A DNA stretch of 42,200 nt from a virus. Lineage: Duplodnaviria; Heunggongvirae; Uroviricota; Caudoviricetes. Positions 18,217 through 28,770 of this stretch are shown in pieces. Each line of letters begins with the position of its first letter. The stretch's first letter is position 1. The stretch lies in the IMG/VR virus record IMGVR_UViG_2522572164_000007; one strand, given 5' to 3'. The notes under the pieces were generated by a model. It searched no databases and was not told the DNA's origin. It worked only from the letters and a program-made list of their open reading frames with translations. A program made the position numbers and the translations under genes.

Positions 18217-19719
18217 TCACAAAATGAAACGGATCTGTGCTGCCAGGAAGCGGAACTGGTTAACCAGATCCGGCGTGCATAACACGTCAAGACGGTTTCG
18301 ATCTGACGCATTACGCTCCACAAGCAGATTCTTTTTAAAGGTGTCCAGATTTTCGACCAGCCCGAGTTCCACCCACTCTTCACCCAGCGAAATTAACTGA
18401 AGCTTCATGATCTCCGGCGTCACGATATTCTGACCGGCACGAACGGGCGTCCCGTCATCAGCCAGTTTATGGCGCGGAAAACGTTGTGTGATAAAAGTAC
18501 GCAGGGAATAACGCAGCCAGGAGAGGGTGTAGATGGTTTCCACATCCAGATAGCTGGGATCACTTTCGCCGTACACGTTCTGGCGATACATGGTCACCTG
18601 ACGTTCGATCTGAACCACATCACCGGCAGCCACACTGACCGTGGCAATCCCTCCCCACAGCAGACTGTTACGCTCTTCACGCGTCAGACGATCGGCCGGA
18701 GCCGGGGCCATGCGTGACGGAAGCGCCAGCGTCTGAAGCGGACGCGCAGGATCTGCTCCCAGAGAGGGTGCACAGGTGGCACAGACCGCCGCTGCCCAGA
18801 GGTAATCCGGTTCAGGGGCTTTGGGAATGGATGTGCAGGTCGCCAGAAAATCATTGCGTTTTGCCCCGAATGCCTGCACCTCACCAAACGTGCCGGTATG
18901 TGCCAGCCACAGCACGCCGTCAGACATTTTGGCCGGTCCCCAGCGTTTCAGAAGCTCATCACTGATGATTTTCAGGTTTGCATCATCCTTATAGGGCATG
19001 ACGACATAGTTGTACTGGCGATCGCCCATACCCGCCACGCTTCGGGTGATATCCGGGTTAGCCGCTTTTTGTTTCGGATAGGCTATAGCGACCTGTATTC
19101 CTTCCGGGGTTGCTTCCCCGTCGTGATAGTTCAGGCGCACATCATGAACGGAGCATTCACCGGTAAAGCGGGCGGTGATCCCCAGAGACCCTTTCAGACC
19201 TGCGCCATTATCACCACTTCCTGCACCAGAGGAGGCCGTGAAGGGCGCGTCAGGATCGGCATTGATCAGCGCGGCCAGCTCGTCGGTCAGTTCTTTGCCT
19301 TTCTTACCTTTTGGTGCCGGGAGTGTATAACGCCGCCCCCCCACGCAGGCATAAACAATCCCGTCACGGGTGACCGTTCCGGTCAGATTCATGGCCGCAG
19401 CCGTTGCCTGTCCGGTGCCGTTCCCCTGAGCAATGGCATACAGTTCAGCATCAGGATTGATGGCGATAAATTCCGCCACCATCAGGGCAATCATGGAGCC
19501 GCGCCCCCAGAGTTCTGTTGCCTGAGACGCACGGGTGATCCTGACCGGAACATCCAGAACACCGGCACCGTCCACGGCATTCTCTTTCATTCTCGCCTGA
19601 CCAAACAGCAGCACACACTGACGCTGTGCCGGAGTGCCGGTGACAGCCATGGAGTTATTAAACTCAACCTCAATCAGCGGTATACGGCGGTCATTACCGA
19701 TCCCGTCAAAATTAATCAT
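18217..19719 (-). CDS. Contractile tail sheath protein (Mu L-like)
   Basis: 500-aa ORF; size and position. Confidence 0.8.
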   Translation of the reverse strand: MINFDGIGNDRRIPLIEVEFNNSMAVTGTPAQRQCVLLFGQARMKENAVDGAGVLDVPVRITRASQATELWGRGSMIALMVAEFIAINPDAELYAIAQGNGTGQATAAAMNLTGTVTRDGIVYACVGGRRYTLPAPKGKKGKELTDELAALINADPDAPFTASSGAGSGDNGAGLKGSLGITARFTGECSVHDVRLNYHDGEATPEGIQVAIAYPKQKAANPDITRSVAGMGDRQYNYVVMPYKDDANLKIISDELLKRWGPAKMSDGVLWLAHTGTFGEVQAFGAKRNDFLATCTSIPKAPEPDYLWAAAVCATCAPSLGADPARPLQTLALPSRMAPAPADRLTREERNSLLWGGIATVSVAAGDVVQIERQVTMYRQNVYGESDPSYLDVETIYTLSWLRYSLRTFITQRFPRHKLADDGTPVRAGQNIVTPEIMKLQLISLGEEWVELGLVENLDTFKKNLLVERNASDRNRLDVLCTPDLVNQFRFLAAQIRFIL

Positions 19720-19961
19720 TGCGGTTTCTCCTTATCGGATGCCGGTTGGGCGACCGGTTTTTCTGTCGCAGTCGTTGCATCCGCAGATACAGCCGGAGCC
19801 TCTTCAGCGGCTTTTTCAGCCTGAATGACATCGCCGTCATCAAGACGCCGACACCAGAACGGCGTAAAGGGCTTTTCCTCCCCCTCCTGTGCCAGCGGGC
19901 GCATTGTGTCGGGATCACGAATCAGGCGTCCCGGCGCGGGTTTGATAAAGATGGTTTTCAT
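19716..19961 (-). CDS. Hypothetical virion protein (Mu gp38-like)
   Basis: 81-aa ORF, translationally coupled to the sheath gene. Confidence 0.5.
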   Translation of the reverse strand: MKTIFIKPAPGRLIRDPDTMRPLAQEGEEKPFTPFWCRRLDDGDVIQAEKAAEEAPAVSADATTATEKPVAQPASDKEKPQ

Positions 19962-20522
19962 TTACAGTTCCTCCGGCGGTTCGACCGCCGTTGTCGTGTT
20001 CCCCGGCAAATCAATATGTGCCTCAAACGGCGGCGTACCGGGCGGCTCCACAAAGGTTTCGTAATGACGCAGGAAGTCGTCCAGCGAGCTGGTATCGGTC
20101 AGCGGTGCGATCATTTCCTCGCAGGAGAAATAAAGCGCATACATCACCGCACCACTGTCCGCCTGGGTTTCGGTGTAACCGTTGACCGCCTTTTCAAAGT
20201 AAAGCGGTGAGGTTTTTTCTGTTCTGAAGCCGTTAAGCACGGCAATCAGCCGGGCCACAATCTGATACAGTCCGGGACGGCTGGCCTCACGCCCGTTGAG
20301 CATGTCGCCGATGACGTAGAACACCCAGTGACTGACCAGGCGACCACGGGTACGGCCTTCACCGGCACCCAGCCAGGCAACGTAGATCGCCGGGGCGTTA
20401 ATCAGCATGGTGCGCAGTACGCTGTCGCTCCAGTCGCCGGGATGCGTGTCAACAGACACCAGTTCATTCCCGAAATACTCACGGATACGGGCGATGTATG
20501 CCTGTTCGGTTTCCGTAATCAT
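19962..20522 (-). CDS. Head-tail joining/virion protein (Mu gp37-like)
   Basis: 186-aa ORF; position. Confidence 0.5.
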   Translation of the reverse strand: MITETEQAYIARIREYFGNELVSVDTHPGDWSDSVLRTMLINAPAIYVAWLGAGEGRTRGRLVSHWVFYVIGDMLNGREASRPGLYQIVARLIAVLNGFRTEKTSPLYFEKAVNGYTETQADSGAVMYALYFSCEEMIAPLTDTSSLDDFLRHYETFVEPPGTPPFEAHIDLPGNTTTAVEPPEEL

Positions 20523-20938
20523 ATGAAGCCCTTCTGGTTGCGCCCGAATACCGCTGCATCAGACTGAACCTGTGGTAAATCCCCGGATTCAGGGGCCGCA
20601 CCGTTCGTATCCACACCGACCGGCACATTGCCGTTCATGACATCTTTCAGCCAGGCCAGCGCTTCACGGTAACGGTCACGCGCCTGATCGGAGGCTCGCT
20701 GATCGCACAGGTAATAAAAGGCAATCGCGCAACAGTGCTGAACAAGAACGGCCGGAATAACCTCCAGCGGCAACGTGTAACGGGCGGACAGATAGCTGTC
20801 GATAAGGGCTGACGCATCTGTCAGCGCCCGGTTCAGCTTGCGCGTGTCCGGCTCATCCGAACGGGGCACAGCCAGTAACGGCCTGAGCAAATCCTCGCGG
20901 TAACGCGCCCGCATATCGGTTTCAGTGGCGTAATTCAT
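20519..20938 (-). CDS. Head-tail connector protein (Mu gp36-like)
   Basis: 139-aa ORF; position. Confidence 0.5.
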   Translation of the reverse strand: MNYATETDMRARYREDLLRPLLAVPRSDEPDTRKLNRALTDASALIDSYLSARYTLPLEVIPAVLVQHCCAIAFYYLCDQRASDQARDRYREALAWLKDVMNGNVPVGVDTNGAAPESGDLPQVQSDAAVFGRNQKGFI

Positions 20939-21315
20939 GCACGGGCCTGTTCCGCTTTGTTACCGGTCTTTTTCCGGGGAGCATCCTGTCCGGCTTCGGC
21001 TTCGGCTTCGGCTTCGGCTTCGGCTTCGGCTTCGGCTAAATCTGTACCGGCCACTGCATGAACCACACCCGCCACGCTCCCCGCATCATCAGCAGACGTC
21101 TGTAGTATTCGCACAGTGAGGCATGGCTCCTCCTCCAGTCGGGCAAGCTGCTCCGGGGTGACCTCAACCTGCTGACGTCCACGCGTGAACAGGAACCCCG
21201 CACGACGAAACGCCGAACGACTGCAACGCACTTCTGCCAGCACCGTGACAGAATTGTCACCACTGACCTGAAGACCTGAATCATCTGTTGCTGCCACAGT
21301 GTGATGTTCATTCAT
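20935..21315 (-). CDS. Hypothetical head-associated protein containing an (Ala-Glu)n repeat
   Basis: 126-aa ORF immediately downstream of the major capsid gene; contains AEAEAEAEAEAEAEA. Confidence 0.5.
   Translation of the reverse strand: MNEHHTVAATDDSGLQVSGDNSVTVLAEVRCSRSAFRRAGFLFTRGRQQVEVTPEQLARLEEEPCLTVRILQTSADDAGSVAGVVHAVAGTDLAEAEAEAEAEAEAEAGQDAPRKKTGNKAEQARA
20992..21033. repeat. Perfect hexanucleotide tandem repeat (GGCTTC) x7
   Basis: Read directly from the sequence; in-frame within CDS 20935..21315, encoding (Glu-Ala)n on the minus strand. Confidence 0.95.
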
Positions 21316-21358
21316 ATTTGCCCTCCGCAGGGGCCGGGCCGTAAGCCCGGCTCACCGT

Positions 21359-22306
21359 TTACAGATAATCCGCGACAACCAGCTCCAGCTTGCCCTTCAT
21401 CTCGTTAGAGACGGTTGCGTTTCCGTCTGCGAACAGTTCACGCTCCAGCAGCTGCACCGCCTGTTTTTCCAGCGAGGTGGGGACAACAATATGGGTGGGT
21501 TTAATGCCGAGTTTGCGGCCACCGTCAGCGGTAAATTCGCGCATGGCTGACCAGCCGTGCCACAGTGCATCCAGCGTCAGCGGTGACTGCATCATGTAGG
21601 CCATCTGCCAGAAGCCGTAGCCCACATTGCGACGGGCGGATGCACCAAACACAAATTCGTTATCGGTGAATGCGCGACCTTCATCGACTTTGGTCTGGGC
21701 AACCAGTTCAGCCTTACGGCGATCCTGATAAATCAGCGGTTTTACCGCGCGGGAGCAGTCAAGCAGATACCAGGCCGGACCGCTGTAATCAGCCTGTGCG
21801 CCGACAGAGCCGGTTTTTGCCACAAACATATTGCTGACCATCTGCGCATCCCCGGAGCCATCCACTTTGGGGTAAACCGGATGTTCGGTATCAAAGAAGT
21901 TCTGACCGTCATAGCAGGCCGCACTGATCCCGTCACGCAGGGCAGCAAAGACCAGCTCATCCGGTTGTACCGCCGCAGCGCGCCCCATCTCCTGGAACAA
22001 CGGGGAATAAATACCGAGGTTGTCGTCTTCGAAGTCATCGCGGCTAATGGCGACAGTGCCTTCAAAAGTTTTGTTCACGATGGCATAGCCATAGGCTTTC
22101 ATCTTCTCGATGACGCGGGAGCCGATCCACTCACGGAACTGCGGGAACTGCCCCAGCCAGCCGTAGGTGTTGGATTTCGATGTGGAGGGCACGGTCATCG
22201 CAATTTTTTTATACTGCGACGGGGCCATGGACATCCCGGCCTGAAAATCAGAACGGTAGCCCGTCATCAGGGCGGTGATCATCGCCGGTGTAATCGGGGT
22301 AGGCAT
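21359..22306 (-). CDS. Major capsid protein (Mu T-like)
   Basis: 315-aa ORF immediately downstream of the protease/scaffold gene; size matches Mu T. Confidence 0.75.
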   Translation of the reverse strand: MPTPITPAMITALMTGYRSDFQAGMSMAPSQYKKIAMTVPSTSKSNTYGWLGQFPQFREWIGSRVIEKMKAYGYAIVNKTFEGTVAISRDDFEDDNLGIYSPLFQEMGRAAAVQPDELVFAALRDGISAACYDGQNFFDTEHPVYPKVDGSGDAQMVSNMFVAKTGSVGAQADYSGPAWYLLDCSRAVKPLIYQDRRKAELVAQTKVDEGRAFTDNEFVFGASARRNVGYGFWQMAYMMQSPLTLDALWHGWSAMREFTADGGRKLGIKPTHIVVPTSLEKQAVQLLERELFADGNATVSNEMKGKLELVVADYL

Positions 22307-23430
22307 TATTGCATTTCCTCTTTCATTTTCAGGAACTCGGCTTCGGTTTTACCCAGCAGTTTGGCGGCCGCGATATCTTCAGCCGACAGCGCAGCGGTGG
22401 CAGTCTTTTTATCCGGCACGGTCACGGTGTCGGTCTGAAGAGAGGTCAGGGCCGCAACCGGCTGGCGGGCGTCAAGCTGTGCAGAAAGTGCCGCAACGCC
22501 AATCTGCCCGCCCAGTTGTTCCAGATAGCCGCGTTCGCTTTTGAAGATGCGCCCTTCGGATTCAGCCTTGTCCAGCACCTGCTCCAGCGTGGTGCTGCCG
22601 TGCTGCGCCGACAGCGCAACGTATTCGGTACGCAGGGCGTTATACGTTTCAACGGGCACGTATTTCGTCAGATCAATAATGCCGCCAGCCGGTGTGCCTT
22701 TTGCGGTTTCCAGCTCTGCCGACAGACTGGCGACCTGTGTTTTCAGGTTGTCGTGTGCATCCGCACGGGTTTTGATCCCGGTGAGGGCAGACAGCGCCGC
22801 CGTGCCCAGCTCCGGCGTAAATTCGTCACCGTCAGCCACGGTCAGACCGAGCGCCGTCAGCAACTGGCGTAATTGCTCATTCATGGAGGTATCCTTTAAA
22901 GGAGGGTTTAAGGCGTTATAAAGGTCATCCGCCGACAGCGCGGCGACAGGATTCATGCCGGTCAGACCGGGGTCACCGGTAATAGCCAGCATCCGAAGTT
23001 CGACAGGTTCGCCGGTGTTCTCGTCATAGCCAATCACCGGTGAAAACCAGGGGAATTCGTTATTACGCAGATGTTCAAGGGCCGGAGGGTTCCACTTCGG
23101 GCGCACCTCGAAGCCACGCTCTTCACTGAAGCGAAAATTCTCCGGTGAGGCCATCACAAAACCGGCAGCCGGTGCCTGATGCCCCTTAATCAGGGTCTGG
23201 TGGTTGTAGTCAATTTTCACCGGCTGATTGAGCGCCACAACCCGGGATACCATGCGCTCAACGGTCGCACGGTTAATCAGCCAGCCCTCGGCCGGTTTTT
23301 CCGGGCGACCGTCACGGGCCTTTACCCGACCGGCTGGCATGATCTGACACCAGTCACCGTCCCCGTCTGCGGACAGGCTGATGGCATTCAGAATGGCATA
23401 AGCAAGTTTGGGCGTGTTTTTCGTCTTCAT
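22306..23430 (-). CDS. Head protease/scaffold protein (Mu I-like)
   Basis: 374-aa ORF; Ala/Leu-rich coiled-coil C-terminal half; position. Confidence 0.7.
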   Translation of the reverse strand: MKTKNTPKLAYAILNAISLSADGDGDWCQIMPAGRVKARDGRPEKPAEGWLINRATVERMVSRVVALNQPVKIDYNHQTLIKGHQAPAAGFVMASPENFRFSEERGFEVRPKWNPPALEHLRNNEFPWFSPVIGYDENTGEPVELRMLAITGDPGLTGMNPVAALSADDLYNALNPPLKDTSMNEQLRQLLTALGLTVADGDEFTPELGTAALSALTGIKTRADAHDNLKTQVASLSAELETAKGTPAGGIIDLTKYVPVETYNALRTEYVALSAQHGSTTLEQVLDKAESEGRIFKSERGYLEQLGGQIGVAALSAQLDARQPVAALTSLQTDTVTVPDKKTATAALSAEDIAAAKLLGKTEAEFLKMKEEMQ

Positions 23431-23606
23431 TCCGGCAGCATAAGCCGGGAATTTTCAGGGCGGGTTTTGCGGGATTTCAGGAAGTGCTTCCAGGGGAAAA
23501 ATACAAAGGCGCTTCACGCAGATTTTAAAGCCCGTTAAATACAGGTTAGAAAATCACGACACGCGCCTGAAGGGGGTAAGGTAATGCATTTGCATACCTT
23601 AAACAA

Positions 23607-24080
23607 TTAAGGCGTTTCTGTGGCCTTTTTAAAGCGTTTTCTGATTTCGTCCATGATCTCCTGCTCTGCCACCTGATCAAAGCCCATATACGGGCGTGCG
23701 CCAATGGCCGCCGGTCCCGGTGGCATACCAGGCAGGCCACCCCACTGATGAATGGCCGCATAAGGCTCATTTGATCCAATCAGCGCCCAGGTATCGCCAT
23801 AATCCGTGGTCAGGCGTCGGGCCAGATCGCCGTTCAGCGTCAGGATTTTGCCGGGCATGTATCCCTTACGGGTACGCCACTTGCGGTAAGGATCTGACCA
23901 GTCATGCCAGCGTTCGCCGTCCGGCTCTTTTTCCTGTTCAAACGCCATTTCTGACGATGACAGAAGACTCGCCGCCACACTGCGGGCCAGGTCTTTCCCT
24001 CCACCCACAAACTGAAGCCGGGCAAAGACCCGCTGGAGACGCGTAACGTCAACAACGACAGCGGCATCAATGGATGACAT
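23607..24080 (-). CDS. Virion morphogenesis protein (Mu G-like)
   Basis: 157-aa ORF between the F-like and I-like genes. Confidence 0.65.
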   Translation of the reverse strand: MSSIDAAVVVDVTRLQRVFARLQFVGGGKDLARSVAASLLSSSEMAFEQEKEPDGERWHDWSDPYRKWRTRKGYMPGKILTLNGDLARRLTTDYGDTWALIGSNEPYAAIHQWGGLPGMPPGPAAIGARPYMGFDQVAEQEIMDEIRKRFKKATETP

Positions 24081-24201
24081 ATTGCCTCCGCATAAAGGAT
24101 GAATATAAAATAAACAGGCGGTCAGTGTACGCTTAACTGGTAAAGTCGGTGCCTGCCTCCGGGTGGATCATGTATGCGGGTTCAACCCCCGCCACTGACC
24201 G

Positions 24202-25533
24202 TTAATCAATATCTCCTTCCAGTACCTCAAGCATTCCACCCCGGATATCCGATTTCAGCTTATCCATATTGATAACCCGGTAAGCATTCACAATCACATC
24301 CAGTTTATCCGGCTGACGCTTCAGGCTGTACGGCGCATTAACGGCAATCTGCACACTGCTATCCTTACTTTCCACGATATACATCAGATTGTTGTGGCGT
24401 TTGTCCCACAGCACCGCTTTTGGCTTTGCCAGCATTGCCGGTAATCGACCGAAATCCTCCGGCGTCAGGGCGATACCGTCATTCTGATGTTTCATGCTGT
24501 CCGCATGGAGCACATTTTTACCGCTCATCGCCAGCAGGCGGGCCGGTGGCGTTCCCGTCCGGCTTTCCACCGCCTGCGCAATGCTTTCGGTCATAAAGCC
24601 CAGCGTGCGGATATCGTTACCGCCTCGCCGGGTTTTCATGATGTTTTTTGCCCAGATGCGGAACGCCAGCTGCCGCTCCGGGCTGTTGTTCATCTCCTGC
24701 ACTACCATTTCCCGCAGCGCCGGGCTTTTCACCTCGATCAGTTTACGGATCAACGCCTGGTCTGTGCCGAACGCCGCCGAGCCGGGGTTATATGACCAGC
24801 CCACATCCGGTGTCATGGTTCTGGTGCCATCTGAATATGTGGTCACCGGCATTTCTCTGACTTCTCCGGTCTGCTTATCCACGCCAGCCTCAACATTGCG
24901 GGTGGAGAGATGATCCTGACCGGATGAAACAGACAGCCCCATCGCATCCAGACGGGCCTGAGACAATGGCCGGACACGGCAGCGACAGTTCCAGCCATTG
25001 GGCGGGTAGTGTGTATTCCAGAACGGATCGTCATAGCGGAATACCAGCCCGTTAAGGGCGGAATGTGCCGGGCGGGTGCGGCTGTCCATCACCGCCACAT
25101 ACTGCCAGAACGGATGCGTGTCCGTGTTGTTCATCATCTGCGTGTAACGCCCGGCATTGTAAGCCACACGGGTGTTCACGTTGTAAATCAGCGCCAGACG
25201 GCGGGGACTGCCCAGCTGCACTTCTTCCGCGTTACCGGCACTGTCCACCACAATCTGTTTTCCCCACCATCCCAGCTTTTGCAGGCGGGGTGTCAGCGTG
25301 CGAATAAATGCTTTCTGTGAAATCCCCTCATCAACAGCACGCTGCACTTCCGCCTGTAGTGTGGTCAGTACGTCCAGGCGTGCCACTTTTGCCGCCGTGA
25401 ATGAACGGGCATGAACATCCGCGTCTGTTTCGAACCAGTTCCAGCTGATATGCGCCCCTTTGGCGCGGAAGTATGCCACCGCCTCTTTTGAGGCAAGTGT
25501 GGCGGCATAACCTAAATCAATCCCTTGTGCCAT
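24202..25533 (-). CDS. Head morphogenesis protein (Mu F-like)
   Basis: 443-aa ORF overlapping the portal gene end. Confidence 0.7.
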   Translation of the reverse strand: MAQGIDLGYAATLASKEAVAYFRAKGAHISWNWFETDADVHARSFTAAKVARLDVLTTLQAEVQRAVDEGISQKAFIRTLTPRLQKLGWWGKQIVVDSAGNAEEVQLGSPRRLALIYNVNTRVAYNAGRYTQMMNNTDTHPFWQYVAVMDSRTRPAHSALNGLVFRYDDPFWNTHYPPNGWNCRCRVRPLSQARLDAMGLSVSSGQDHLSTRNVEAGVDKQTGEVREMPVTTYSDGTRTMTPDVGWSYNPGSAAFGTDQALIRKLIEVKSPALREMVVQEMNNSPERQLAFRIWAKNIMKTRRGGNDIRTLGFMTESIAQAVESRTGTPPARLLAMSGKNVLHADSMKHQNDGIALTPEDFGRLPAMLAKPKAVLWDKRHNNLMYIVESKDSSVQIAVNAPYSLKRQPDKLDVIVNAYRVINMDKLKSDIRGGMLEVLEGDID

Positions 25534-27115
25534 CCAGCATCCCCTTCATTTCCGCAGCAAACATGGCATCACTGAGCAGCGTCATCAGGCGGGAATCATC
25601 CATTTCACGGTAAAGGGCAGGCAGGTCTGCCAGTGCCTCCGCCAGCCCCCGCGTTCTGATGGCATCAATGACCGGCTCCAGTACCGGGTCGATGGCCTCC
25701 TGTAACCGACGGGCAGGCACCGCATCCCCCATGTCGTCCAGTTCATCTCGGGGGCTGCTCTTCGCTTCCGGCAGTCTGGCAGCCAGCGCCGTCTGCTCTG
25801 TCTTCTCCTGTTTTTCCGGTGGCATCTCTTTGTCTGTCTGAGCAGGTTCATTGCCACTCTGACGGACACGGAAGATGGCTTCGCCGGGCGTGGGCTGCGG
25901 AATACCCGTCTGCTCACGTATCCAGGGATCAGAAATATCCATCCCCGTACTGAGCTGCATCACCGCACTGGTGATTTTGGTGATATCCCCCGGCTCTTTT
26001 GTCTGGAAACAGATACGCGGCAGGCGACGGATATCTATGGCGTGGGCGGTGTTCAGGGCATACAGCGGATACACCAGATCGCGGTTCAGCGTGGCGGCCA
26101 GCTGACGTAAATCAGAATCCCTGATTTCCCGGCGCACCTCGTTATGCACTTCACCCAGCGAGCGCGCGCCCTTGTCTCCGGCTTCCGTGGTCAGCGTGCC
26201 GCCGAGGATAGCTTTGGAGATGGAACGCTCCCCCCACGAAATCATGGTTTCAAACGGATCGGCCTGACCGTTCGCTGCCGCCTGAAACTCCAGCGACATC
26301 CCGGCCGGGATGATCCCGCCTGTACGTCGCCCGATATCCATCACCGCCCGCATCAGGGCGCTTTTCTGCTCCGGCGTTGCCCCGGACGGGTATTTACCGA
26401 CCTTCATCGGCAGGCCGTACACCTCCAGAAATTCAGCCAGATCGCGCACGGAATAGTTTTTGAAAATGAACGGCCAGATAAGCGTCCTGACAAGCCCCGT
26501 TGCGCCGCCGTAACCGGTGCGTGAACGTGACTGATGCACTATCCAGCCAAAGGGCTGAAACGCCACCCCGGCATGGCTGCCGTCACGCAGCCGCAGTTCG
26601 CTCAAATCATCCGGGTTAAGGCAGAAATGCCCGCTGTCACGCCAGCGGATGGCGCGGATGATGTGCATTTTACCGAGCATCCCGTGCTCAATCTCCATGC
26701 AGGAATAGCCTTTCAGGATGGCATCGGTGGCATCAAACAGCATGGCATCAAACCAGTCGGCGGAATGCAGATATTCGTCGAGCATTTCCGCGTCCTTTTT
26801 CTCATTCGCGCTGGCGTTCGGTGGCGGCTCAATACTCCAGGGCACCCCCTGAATGGCAAGGCGTCGCTTGCCCAGCTCAGCAAAAAGGTGGGTATCCTTT
26901 TCTTCAATGTCAGCGGCAAGATCGGACTGGGCAATCAGATCGCCACGTTCAGCCCCGCGAAGGCACTGTGCCGCCCGGTTCGGGGTGATACCCGAGGCCG
27001 GATGTTCAATATAACGGCTGGCAATCTGCGGAATATCCAGCGCGGCACTCTGCATCTCCGGGTCAAAGGAGAAAGGTTTTCCGTCAAGATCAATTATGCG
27101 TCCCACTACCAGCAC
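25517..27115 (-). CDS. Portal protein (Mu gp29-like)
   Basis: 532-aa ORF immediately downstream of the large terminase gene. Confidence 0.75.
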   Translation of the reverse strand: MLVVGRIIDLDGKPFSFDPEMQSAALDIPQIASRYIEHPASGITPNRAAQCLRGAERGDLIAQSDLAADIEEKDTHLFAELGKRRLAIQGVPWSIEPPPNASANEKKDAEMLDEYLHSADWFDAMLFDATDAILKGYSCMEIEHGMLGKMHIIRAIRWRDSGHFCLNPDDLSELRLRDGSHAGVAFQPFGWIVHQSRSRTGYGGATGLVRTLIWPFIFKNYSVRDLAEFLEVYGLPMKVGKYPSGATPEQKSALMRAVMDIGRRTGGIIPAGMSLEFQAAANGQADPFETMISWGERSISKAILGGTLTTEAGDKGARSLGEVHNEVRREIRDSDLRQLAATLNRDLVYPLYALNTAHAIDIRRLPRICFQTKEPGDITKITSAVMQLSTGMDISDPWIREQTGIPQPTPGEAIFRVRQSGNEPAQTDKEMPPEKQEKTEQTALAARLPEAKSSPRDELDDMGDAVPARRLQEAIDPVLEPVIDAIRTRGLAEALADLPALYREMDDSRLMTLLSDAMFAAEMKGMLDGTRD

Positions 27116-28770
27116 CCCCGATCAAATTCATGATATGCCTCATCGTCATCACGATAACCGCCCTCTATTGCCCGCGACCGCTCCGGCAGCGCCTGACAGG
27201 CTGATTCATCCAGGATGAAGCCCTCCATGTATGACGCCCGGTTTGCCATACAGAGCGCCACGGCAAAATCACCATGGCGGCGGGCGTTCACAGCCGTTGC
27301 GTTCTGGTCCTTCGTACGCCCCTTGTCGATTTGCGGGATACCGTTAACCACCTTCACATGGCGCAAATCATCAAGCGTGGTCTGATGGCGGGCGACGAGG
27401 ATATTCTGATCTTCAAACTCGGCCTTCAGTTTTGGCATCCACTCGCCGTACCACTTCGGCGATAACATCACGCTGTCGATGATGTCCGGGCCAAAGGCCA
27501 GCAGCGCGGCTTCGGCCAGATAGCCGCCGTTACCGGTGGCGTCGAACGCTGCACCAACCAGGGCCGGAACGCGGGTCAGGATGTACATCATCACCTGCTC
27601 CTGCTGGGCATATGGCAGGTTACGCAGCTCCACGCGAAACACCTCGCGTTTTGCCAGGGATTCAGTGATTTCCAGCAGCACAAAGCAGGAGAGGTCACCG
27701 GTGCGGGCAAAGTCTTCCCCGAAGCTGAAGCGGGAACGGGGATTTAACGCCTCTAAAAGCGGTTTTAAATGTTCTTCAGACCAGGTTAAAACCTCCGATT
27801 CACGCAGCCATGCGGCACGGCTGATGAAGTCGTCCGGGGCTTCAAACGTCAGAATCGGGATGTCGCGGATCATCGCCATTTCAATAAGCGCGTGAGGAAT
27901 ATAGGCACCGCCGGATTTTTTCGGGATACAGCCGTATTCCTCGTCGGCATCCTCACGGGTCGGGGCGTTTTTGTAGAGATCATCACGCCACTTCTGCTCG
28001 CTTTCCGGCGACCATTCGCGGCCGGTGACATAACAGATACGACGGTACAGCCCGTCCGCAATGGCATCATCCAGGGTAATGCGGTGGACGCTGTAATCCT
28101 TGCGCCCCTCGCGGGCTTCCTGAATGTACTGATTAAACAGATTATCGACGCCGTTATGCGTGGAGATAATACGCACGCGCGCGCCCCACATGGTGAGCGC
28201 CATTGCCGCCTTGAGAAGCTCATCCAGTGACTCGTGGAACGCGGCTTCATCAATCACCACATCCCCCTGAAGGCCGCGCAGGTTTGACGGACGGGAAGAC
28301 AGTGCCTGAATTTTGAATCCACTGTTCGGAAAGCGGATCATGTAGGTCAGAATTTCTTCTTTTTTATCCCGATCCCAGAAGGTCTGCTCATACACATCAG
28401 CATCTGCCAGCTGGTTAAAGGCACGGGAGAACAGTGCGCAGGCAGAAATATATTCCAGCGCCATCTCCTGCTTTGACCCCACATAAAACACATTGCGGCC
28501 ACCGCGCCGCTTCGGTTTTGCAGCGGTAATGACGTTACGCCCGGCTTCCGCCCAGGTAAGCCCGGTACGGCGGGATTTTTCCGCGATGCAGACCTCGCTT
28601 TCATCCTCAAACCAGCGGGCCTGATAATCCAGAAACACCGGCATATCACCGGGCAAATCAAGGCTGTCCGGCACATCCACGCCCAGCAGGGCTTTTTCAC
28701 CGGCCAGATCAATTTTGCGGGTGGAGACGGTATTCGTCAGTAAGGGTGAGAGTTCTTCGGCGTTATTCAT
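27106..28770 (-). CDS. Terminase large subunit (Mu gp28-like)
   Basis: 554-aa ORF; position and size; acidic nuclease-like segments. Confidence 0.75.
   Translation of the reverse strand: MNNAEELSPLLTNTVSTRKIDLAGEKALLGVDVPDSLDLPGDMPVFLDYQARWFEDESEVCIAEKSRRTGLTWAEAGRNVITAAKPKRRGGRNVFYVGSKQEMALEYISACALFSRAFNQLADADVYEQTFWDRDKKEEILTYMIRFPNSGFKIQALSSRPSNLRGLQGDVVIDEAAFHESLDELLKAAMALTMWGARVRIISTHNGVDNLFNQYIQEAREGRKDYSVHRITLDDAIADGLYRRICYVTGREWSPESEQKWRDDLYKNAPTREDADEEYGCIPKKSGGAYIPHALIEMAMIRDIPILTFEAPDDFISRAAWLRESEVLTWSEEHLKPLLEALNPRSRFSFGEDFARTGDLSCFVLLEITESLAKREVFRVELRNLPYAQQEQVMMYILTRVPALVGAAFDATGNGGYLAEAALLAFGPDIIDSVMLSPKWYGEWMPKLKAEFEDQNILVARHQTTLDDLRHVKVVNGIPQIDKGRTKDQNATAVNARRHGDFAVALCMANRASYMEGFILDESACQALPERSRAIEGGYRDDDEAYHEFDRGCW

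Noticed and set aside
18898-19824. 308-aa plus-strand ORF
   Set aside because: Antisense to the tail sheath gene; no RBS, and it breaks the uniform minus-strand operon.
20992-21033. Tandem repeat considered as a CRISPR array
   Set aside because: 6-bp units with no spacers, inside a CDS; it is a simple sequence repeat. No CRISPR array is present in the window.
23582-23604. Near-palindrome AAGGTATGCAAATGCATTACCTT upstream of the I-like gene as a terminator
   Set aside because: Imperfect, with no U-tract; possibly a late-promoter activator site, but I cannot support a specific call.
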